A stretch of DNA of 64,000 bases from Nemertoderma westbladi. Its lineage: Eukaryota; Animalia; Xenacoelomorpha. The notes under the pieces are model-generated. The model did no database searches and had not been told where the DNA came from. It saw only the letters and a program-made list of their open reading frames with translations. Location of the stretch: contig JAUCBJ010000844.1 in the NCBI GenBank assembly GCA_032718475.1, positions 1-64,000 on the forward strand, written 5' to 3'. Shown here piece after piece: positions 56,615-64,000 of this stretch. Every line of letters starts with the position of its first letter. The stretch's first letter is position 1. The translations under genes and the position numbers were made by a program.

Positions 56615-59183
56615 GTGAGTTTCACAATAACTTATTAATATTATTAACTTACGGTGTTTCTCGTGAGTATGTTTGACAATAACTTATTAATATTATTAAA
56701 TTAACTTACGGTGTTTCTCGTGAGTATGTTTGACAATAACTTATTAATATTATTAAATAAACTTACGGTGTTTCTCGTGAGTATGTTTGACAATAACTTA
56801 TTAATATTAAATAAACTTACGGTGTTTCTCGTGAGTATGTTTGACAATAACTTATTAATATTATTAAATAAACTTACGGTGTTTCTCGTGAGTATGTTTC
56901 ACAATAACTTATTAATATTAAATAAACTTACGGTGTTTCTCGTGAGTATGTTTGACAATAACTTATTAATATTATTAAATAAACTTACGGTGTTTCTCGT
57001 GAGTATGTTTCACAATAACTTATTAATATTAAATAAACTTACGGTGTTTCTCGTGAGTATGTTTGACAATAACTTATTAATATTATTAAATAAACTTACG
57101 GTGTTTCTCGTGAGTATGTTTGACAATAACTTATTAATATTATTAAATAAACTTACGGTGTTTCTCGTGAGTATGTTTGACAATAACTTATTAATATTAT
57201 TAAATAAACTTACGGTGTTTCTCGTGAGTATGTTTGACAATAACTTATTAATATTATTAAATAAACTTACGGTGTTTCTCGTGAGTATGTTTGACAATAA
57301 CTTATTAATATTATTAAATAAACTTACGGTGTTTCTCGTGAGTATGTTTAACAATAACTTATTAATATTATTAAATAAACTTACGGTGTTTCTCGTGAGT
57401 ATGTTTGACAATAACTTATTAATATTATTAAATAAACTTACGGTGTTTCTCGTGAGTATGTTTGACAATAACTTATTAATATTGTTAAATAAACTTACGG
57501 TGTTTCTCGTGAGTATGTTTGACAATAACTTATCAATATTATTAAATAAACTTACGGTGTTTCTCGTGAGTATGTTTGACAATAACTTATTAATATTATT
57601 AAATAAACTTACGGTGTTTCTCGTGAGTATGTTTGACAATAACTTATTAATATTATTAAATAAACTTACGGTGTTTCTCGTGAGTATGTTTGACAATAAC
57701 TTATTAATATTATTAAATAAACTTACGGTGTTTCTCGTGAGTATGTTTGACAATAACTTATTAATATTATTAAATAAACTTACGGTGTTTCTCGTGAGTA
57801 TGTTTGACAATAACTTATTAATATTAAATAAACTTACGGTGTTTCTCGTGAGTATGTTTGACAATAACTTATTAATATTAAATAAACTTACGGTGTTTCT
57901 CGTGAGTATGTTTGACAATAACTTATTAATATTATTAAATAAACTTACGGTGTTTCTCGTGAGTATGTTTGACAATAACTTATTAATATTAAATAAACTT
58001 ACGGTGTTTCTCGTGAGTATGTTTGACAATAACTTATTAATATTGTTAAATAAACTTACGGTGTTTCTCGTGAGTATGTTTGACAATAACTTATTAATAT
58101 TATTAAATAAACTTACGGTGTTTCTCGTGAGTATGTTTGACAATAACTTATTAATATTATTAAATAAACTTACGGTGTTTCTCGTGAGTATGTTTGACAA
58201 TAACTTATTAATATTATTAAATAAACTTACGGTGTTTCTCGTGAGTATGTTTGACAATAACTTATTAATATTAAATAAACTTACGGTGTTTCTCGTGAGT
58301 ATGTTTGACAATAACTTATTAATATTAAATAAACTTACGGTGTTTCTCGTGAGTATGTTTGACAATAACTTATTAATATTATTAAATAAACTTACGGTGT
58401 TTCTCGTGAGTATGTTTCACAATAACTTATTAATATTATTAAATAAACTTACGGTGTTTCTCGTGAGTATGTTTGACAATAACTTATTAATATTATTAAA
58501 TAAACTTACGGTGTTTCTCGTGAGTATGTTTGACAATAACTTATTAATATTAAATAAACTTACGGTGTTTCTCGTGAGTATGTTTGACAATAACTTATTA
58601 ATATTAAATAAACTTACGGTGTTTCTCGTGAGTATGTTTGACAATAACTTATTAATAAGAAATAAACTTACGGTGTTTCTCGTGAGTATGTTTGACAATA
58701 ACTTATTAATATTAAATAAACTTACGGTGTTTCTCGTGAGTATGTTTCACAATAACTTATTAATACTAAATAAACTTACGGTGTTTCTCGTGAGTATGTT
58801 TGACAATAACTTATTAATATTAAATAAACTTACGGTGTTTCTTGTGAGTATGTTTGACAATAACTTATTAATATTAAATAAACTTACGGTGTTTCTAGTG
58901 AGTATGTTTGACAATAACTTATTAATATTAAATAAACTTACGGTGTTTCTCGTGAGTATGTTTGACAATAACTTATTAATATTAAATAAACTTACGGTGT
59001 TTCTCGTGAGTATGTTTGACAATAACTTATTAATATTAAATAAACTTACGGTGTTTCTCGTGAGTATGTTTGACAATAACTTATTAATATTATTAAATAA
59101 ACTTACGGTGTTTCTCGTGAGTATGTTTGACAATAACTTATTAATACTAAATAAACTTACGGTGTTTCTCGTGAGTATGTTTG
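56615..59183 (-). repeat. 54/57-bp minisatellite, about 45 copies, derived from the exon 59161 donor junction
   Basis: Minus-strand unit CAAACATACTCACGAGAAACACC|GTAAGTTTATTTAAT(AAT)ATTAATAAGTTATTGT. Confidence 0.97.
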
Positions 59184-59241
59184 TCGAGCTCTTCTTGAGT
59201 AAAGAATTTCGCTTTACATTTTGAACAACAGAAATGGGGAA
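59161..59241 (-). CDS. C2H2 zinc-finger gene, internal exon (PHFCCSKCKAKFFTQEELDKHTHEKH)
   Basis: tccttAG|81 nt|GTAAGT; phase 1-1. Confidence 0.88.
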
Positions 59242-59384
59242 CTAAGGATAAAGTAGAAGAAATCATTTAAGCCGAGATATGATAATGAATAAAAGATAAC
59301 GAATAAATACCATTAAACTTTAAACAACTATAGAATCATAGTTTCTCAATGGCTAAAATTATATATTCTATTTTATATTCTCAC

Positions 59385-59498
59385 TTGGTTTATGTACGCT
59401 ATTCCAATGTTCTTCCAATTCTTCTGTTGTTTCAAACTTTGGTGGTTTATACCCCGTCTCATCGCCATGTTCAGCAATACAAGCATCGCAAGGAAATC
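59385..59498 (-). CDS. C2H2 zinc-finger gene, internal exon (finger with insertion: FPCDACIAEHGDETGYKPPKFETTEELEEHWNSVHKP)
   Basis: tttcttAG|114 nt|GTGAGA; phase 1-1; open frame; the HWNSVH ending also occurs in exon 29668-29834. Confidence 0.85.
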
Positions 59499-59847
59499 CT
59501 AAGAAATACACTAATTACGAATTACATTCAAATAAACTTGCCGAGTTTTGTTTAACCCTATAGTCACCTAGTAAGTCCATCTTTCTTCGAAACCAACAAA
59601 CCCCTACAGCCTACAAGGTTGAGGAATAACCAGGTACTGGAGCAATATCGATGGAGACATTTTTTAAGCGTTTGTTATGAGCGGCCAGTTTCTACACCAA
59701 CAAACATCCATCAAGTTTGTTTCCATAATCTAGAACAGATTGGGGCTGTTGTCTCCTAAATTGCCAAACTGGCCGCTCAGGGCCACCATAGTTTGTAGAT
59801 AAAGTTTGAAAGCGAATAAAACTTCTGACTAACAACTAAGAATTCTA

Positions 59848-60255
59848 CAGTGGCTGATTGCGGCCAATTATTTCCATTTTTTAAAACCTTTTCCACCCGG
59901 GTGTAAAACATTTATCATCCGGGTGAAAAACATTTATAACCAAAAACATCAGGACTCTGAACACATGTGTTAGTTTCCTTATAAATAATATCGAAAGATC
60001 ATTTTAATCCATTTTGGCGAATTAATATCTCGACTAATGTTAAAAATCAATTACGGGTAAGGATCAGGTTACAGTGGCATGTTGTATATAAATATAAATA
60101 TGTTATATAAATTTAAACAATAAACGAAAGTCAATAGTTAAACATTTAAATGTTTTTCACCCGCGTGATAAATGTTTTTCACCCGGGTGATAAATGTTTT
60201 TCACCCGGGTGAAAAACATTAAAAAATGAAAATAATTGGCCGCAATCAGCCACAG
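59848..60255. mobile_element. MITE, Tc1/mariner-like (TA TSD)
   Basis: TA|cagtggctgattgcggccaattattt ... aaataattggccgcaatcagccacag|TA; subterminal cacccgggtg repeats. Confidence 0.8.
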
Positions 60256-60400
60256 TAGAATTCCGAAGGTAAAACTATCTCTGTTTCCTATTTCATACAA
60301 TCGGGGGGGGGGGGGGGGGGGGGGGGATCACTGTTTGAGAAGCTAACTAGGTATGCCATGACTTTCACCCCTATCGATACTGATACAATTATAAACCCAC

Positions 60401-60631
60401 CGTGGCCATCCATGTGTTCATCTAATTCATCTTGTGTCTCGAACGACTGGCCACATTTCCGACATTTATGCCAGTGTTTGCCGTGGTCGTGTTCCAACAA
60501 ATCTTCCTCGGAATGGAACGCCTCCGAACATTTGGAACAAATAAACTTTGGATCGTGGATTTTCAGATGTTCTTTAAGTTCCGCTTGAGTGTCGACTAGT
60601 TCTCCACACACCCAGCAACCAAGTTGTGGTT
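60401..60631 (-). CDS. C2H2 zinc-finger gene, internal exon (3 fingers: CWVC..HLKIH, CSKC..HDHGKH, CRKC..HMDGH)
   Basis: gttctAG|231 nt|GTGGGT; phase 1-1; overlaps ORF 60288..60611. Confidence 0.9.
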
Positions 60632-60793
60632 CTAGAACGTAAACAGTTTATGTGTACTTGTAACCATAGTTCAAAATTAACTTAATTGTGTATTGTATAC
60701 GGGACAGTGTTGACTTATTGCGTACAATGATACACTTACAATGTACACTTACTGATACTGAGATGAGTTAATGATGGTTGTTGCATGATATTA

Positions 60794-63054
60794 TAAATGT
60801 AATTAAGTTTATTGCGAGAAATTATATTGCGGTGATTCATCAGATAAGTTTAACTAATAATAAGGATACACGTACGATACAGAAGAATAAAAGCGTGGTA
60901 AAATACAGATAGAAATACGATTGTTGATGTTAGGTTGTTACAACTTATAATAATATTGATACAGCGGTACTCAGGCAGTCTGACTATTTTAGTACAATAT
61001 AACAGTAATTACACGGTAATTACAGGAATAATGGTAAGTAGCGTCATAATAGCTTCATAAAAGACATCCTATGCTCCGATGATTTTTGGCCTCATGGGAT
61101 CTCTTGCCGCGAACAGCACAGTCTAAAAATACTGGGGATCTCTGGTCCAGGACGGCCCCAACTAAGCATGATGGTGGATCCGATCCTAGGATTACCTATT
61201 CATACTCACATCCACATACAGTGAATCATAACCGGACTAGGAAGCGGGTTTAACACTGATGTCCCACCCCAGCAACACAGGTCTACTACGCCTGACAACA
61301 TAGACTTACGCACTACTACTTTCAATTGCAATGGATTTAGTTCCAACAGCGACTACGTTTCAAACCTACTGTCTTCTTGTGACGTACTCGGATTGCAAGG
61401 ACACTGGCTAGATTCAATCGAAAGCAAAGAATCTAACTGTAACAATGAATTTGAATGCGTCTACACAGTCAGCTCTTTAATGAACAACCCCAATAGAGTA
61501 CGCGGCGCTGGTGGTGTCGGATTATGGTTTAGAAGGGAAAAGTAGTATAATGCTTCAGTTGTTGCATCTGGTGATAACATTGTAGGGGTCAGGGTAAATT
61601 TGATTGGTTACAATACCCCCCTTCTTATTCTTTCATGCTATGCACCTGATGCTGGGAAAGACATTAGCTGTTTTGAAGACTTCCTAGGTAGATTATCAAC
61701 AACAATCTTGAGCCACAATGATGCAATTACAATTATCTTATCTGATATCAATGCTGACGTAGGTCCCTTACAAGGCCCACGTTTCTCTCGGGACGCAGCT
61801 ACACCACGGGACTTGCGACTAGATGACTTCCTACATGATAATGGACTTCAATTACTTGACATGACACGGAAAACAGTTGGCCCCATGACCACATATCGTG
61901 GGCATTGGGGGAACTCCTACATAGAACATGTAGTTACCTCATTTGCGGGAGCTACATACTTCAGGAATGGGTCAGTTATGGACATAAATCAACTGAACTT
62001 GTCAGATCACGTACCAGTATCCTCTACTTTTCTGTTCCCTCTGCAGGGTAATGTGAGTCACAAACGGACGTACCAGGTAAACCTATTCATACTGTCCCAC
62101 TTGCCTGGCAAAGGGCCACTGCAGAACAGCTATCTAACTACACTGCAACTTTGGAGTTGGATATACACAAATTAAACATGTTATCACCCACACATATTCA
62201 TCCACTTCATTGGACACACATGGACCTAGACTGTATTGCCAACCAGTTACAGGGCATCATTTATGGATCTGCTAGGAGGGAAATACCTATTGCAAAAAAT
62301 CGCGAGTTAACTAAGAACCTCAGAATACGGTCAGCCGCTATAAGTAAACTCTCTCTAACTACAAGGAATTTATATAAGGTTTGGGCGAAAGTGGGAAAAC
62401 CATTAGACAGTGAGATAGGTGATTCATATAAAGAATCAAAGAGATCACTGCGGCGTACGCGAAACTGGCTATCTAAGAATCTGGTTGCTAACCAAGTAAA
62501 TCGTAATTCTGGTTTACTCAAGACTAACCCTAAGTAATTCTGGAAGTCATTCACTTCAAAGAACTACCACAACATCCCATCATTAGTTCAGAATAAAGTT
62601 AAAGACAACTTTATCAAAACCAGCAATAACACGGGTGACATACTTATCAAGAAGCTCAAAGAGGACTTGGAGAAGGACTGTAGGACATCGAGACCCCCTA
62701 TAATCTCCCCCATAGCTATCCAACGCGCAATAAAATCGCTGCTTTGGGCAAATCGCCTGATCTCCACTCTCTGGTCATCGAACACATACTGAATATTAAT
62801 CCAGACGTTATCTGTTACTCCATTAATATCAATTTTATTTGATTAAAGACAATAATGAATGAATGAATATACTACATCAATATGGTTAGCGTAGGCCTAC
62901 TATGATTATACTGATAGGCTATAGGCGATAAGGTAGTGTTACAGATTGTATGTTAACTACATATAAATACTATTTTTTGTGTCCTAAATTAATAAAAAAT
63001 CGAAATATATTATAATATTTGAATACTTTCTCGCAATAAACTTAATTACATTTA
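60794..63054. mobile_element. TIR-bounded element (perfect 28-bp inverted repeat) enclosing the LINE remnant
   Basis: taaatgtaattaagtttattgcgagaaa (60794-60821) and its exact reverse complement (63027-63054). Confidence 0.65.
61290..62870 (+). pseudogene. Degenerate non-LTR retrotransposon (APE endonuclease; RT largely deleted)
   Basis: TTFNCNGF, GLQGHWL, GAGGVGL, LSCYAP, SDINAD, LSDHVPV with stops and frameshifts; (tgaa)n tail near 62855. Confidence 0.8.
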
Positions 63055-63060
63055 AGGTAT

Positions 63061-63149
63061 AACTTACTGTGTATGTGTTGGGGTGTATGTGTGTATGTTA
63101 ACTTACTGTGTAGGTGTTAACGTGTATGTGTGTATATTAACTTACTGTG
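63061..63149 (-). repeat. 39-bp repeat with 3 donor copies at the exon 63146 junction
   Basis: CACA|GTAAGTTA recurs three times at 39-bp spacing (plus-strand aacttactgtg at about 63061, 63100 and 63139). Confidence 0.85.
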
Positions 63150-63235
63150 CACATTGGCCATGTGAAGGTCCAGTTCTTCTTGGGTTGAGAAAGTCGCGTG
63201 GTGGCAATGCATCTCTTCGCAGAGGTAGGCAGGGG
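63146..63235 (-). CDS. C2H2 zinc-finger gene, internal exon (1 finger: PAYLCEEMHCHHATFSTQEELDLHMANVH)
   Basis: Minus strand reads ccttacAG|90 nt|GTAAGT; phase 1-1; C-x4-C...F...L..H-x4-H pattern; in frame with the next exon. Confidence 0.85.
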
Positions 63236-63308
63236 CTGTAAGGTAATATATATAATTTAATACTCATAAGTAAAGGATAGTGAAAACATATATATATATA
63301 GATATATA

Positions 63309-64000
63309 CAAACTAACCGTGTTCAACGTGAGTGTGGGATTCTAGCTCATCAGCTGTTAGCAAATGTTCATCAATATCAACAAACTAACCGTGTTCAAAG
63401 TGAGTGTGGGATTCTAGCTCATCGGCTGTTAGGAAATGTTCATCAATATCAACAAACTAACCGTGTTCAAAGTGAGTGTGGGATTCTAGCTCATCAGCTG
63501 TTAGGAAATGTTCATCAATATCAACAAACTAACCGTGTTCAAAGTGAGTGTGGGATTCTAGCTCATCAGCTGTTAGGAAATGTTCATCAATATCAACAAA
63601 CTAACCGTGTTCAACGTGAGTGTGGGATTCTAGCTCATCAGCTGTTAGGAAATGTTCATCAATATCAACAAACTAACCGTGTTCAAAGTGAGTGTGGGAT
63701 TCTAGCTCATCAGCTGTTAGGAAATGTTCATCAATATCAACAAACTAACCGTGTTCAAAGTGAGTGTGGGATTCTAGCTCATCAGCTGTTAGGAAATGTT
63801 CATCAATATCAACAAACTAACCGTGTTCAAAGTGAGTGTGGGATTCTAGCTCATCAGCTGTTAGGAAATGTTCATCAATATCAACAAACTAACCGTGTTC
63901 AAAGTGAGTGTGGGATTCTAGCTCATCAGCTGTTAGGAAATGTTCATTAATATCAACAAACTAACCGTGTTCAAAGTGAGTGTGGGATTCCAGCTCATCA
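63309..64000 (-). repeat. 72-bp minisatellite (at least 9.5 copies, runs off the window) made of a half zinc-finger exon plus donor
   Basis: Minus-strand unit GATGAACATTTCCTAACAGCTGATGAGCTAGAATCCCACACTCACTTTGAACACG|GTTAGTTTGTTGATATT translates as DEHFLTADELESHTHFEH. Confidence 0.95.

Noticed and set aside
56711-59224. 837-aa plus-strand ORF and the antisense repeat ORFs
   Set aside because: Product of the 54/57-bp minisatellite; the real coding frame is the minus-strand exon 59161-59241.
3330-60330. Poly-G/C tracts (about 3333, 6152, 6770, 22967, 60303) giving poly-Pro ORFs
   Set aside because: Homopolymer runs, some within repeat remnants; no support for coding or a specific function.
8774-64000. 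CRISPR-like arrays
   Set aside because: Units are contiguous with no unique spacers, there are no cas genes, and the context is eukaryotic.
56615-64000. Unit lengths divisible by 3 as evidence for in-frame exon extension in the 54/57, 39 and 72 bp arrays
   Set aside because: Reading through each donor meets a stop within the first unit (CGT AAG TTT ATT TAA/TAG; ...CGT TAA; GGT TAG).

Overview
AT-rich eukaryotic (animal-like, spliceosomal) genomic DNA. The window holds part of a minus-strand, multi-exon C2H2 zinc-finger gene. I can assemble 8 exons in frame by hand (63146-63235, 60401-60631, 59385-59498, 59161-59241, 56232-56309, 56061-56138, 29668-29834, 22817-22898). They encode 10 acidic C2H2-type fingers followed by a Lys9/Pro-rich segment; the start and end of the gene were not found. 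About two thirds of the window is tandem repeat. The main observation is that five unrelated arrays (35, 24, 54/57, 39 and 72 bp units) are each an amplified copy of a 5' splice-site junction of this gene (exon tail plus GTAAGT/GTTAGT plus intron start). Four of them begin at the donor of an exon in the window, and the largest add about 26 kb to an intron. The introns also carry a near full-length CR1/L2-group LINE with a target-site duplication, whose ORF1 and ORF2 are in frame across a single UGA-CUA stop. Other elements are LINE and BEL/Pao remnants, several MITEs and a decayed Penelope-type hammerhead motif. The long repeat ORFs in the ORF track are satellite artefacts. All calls are by eye and no searches were run.
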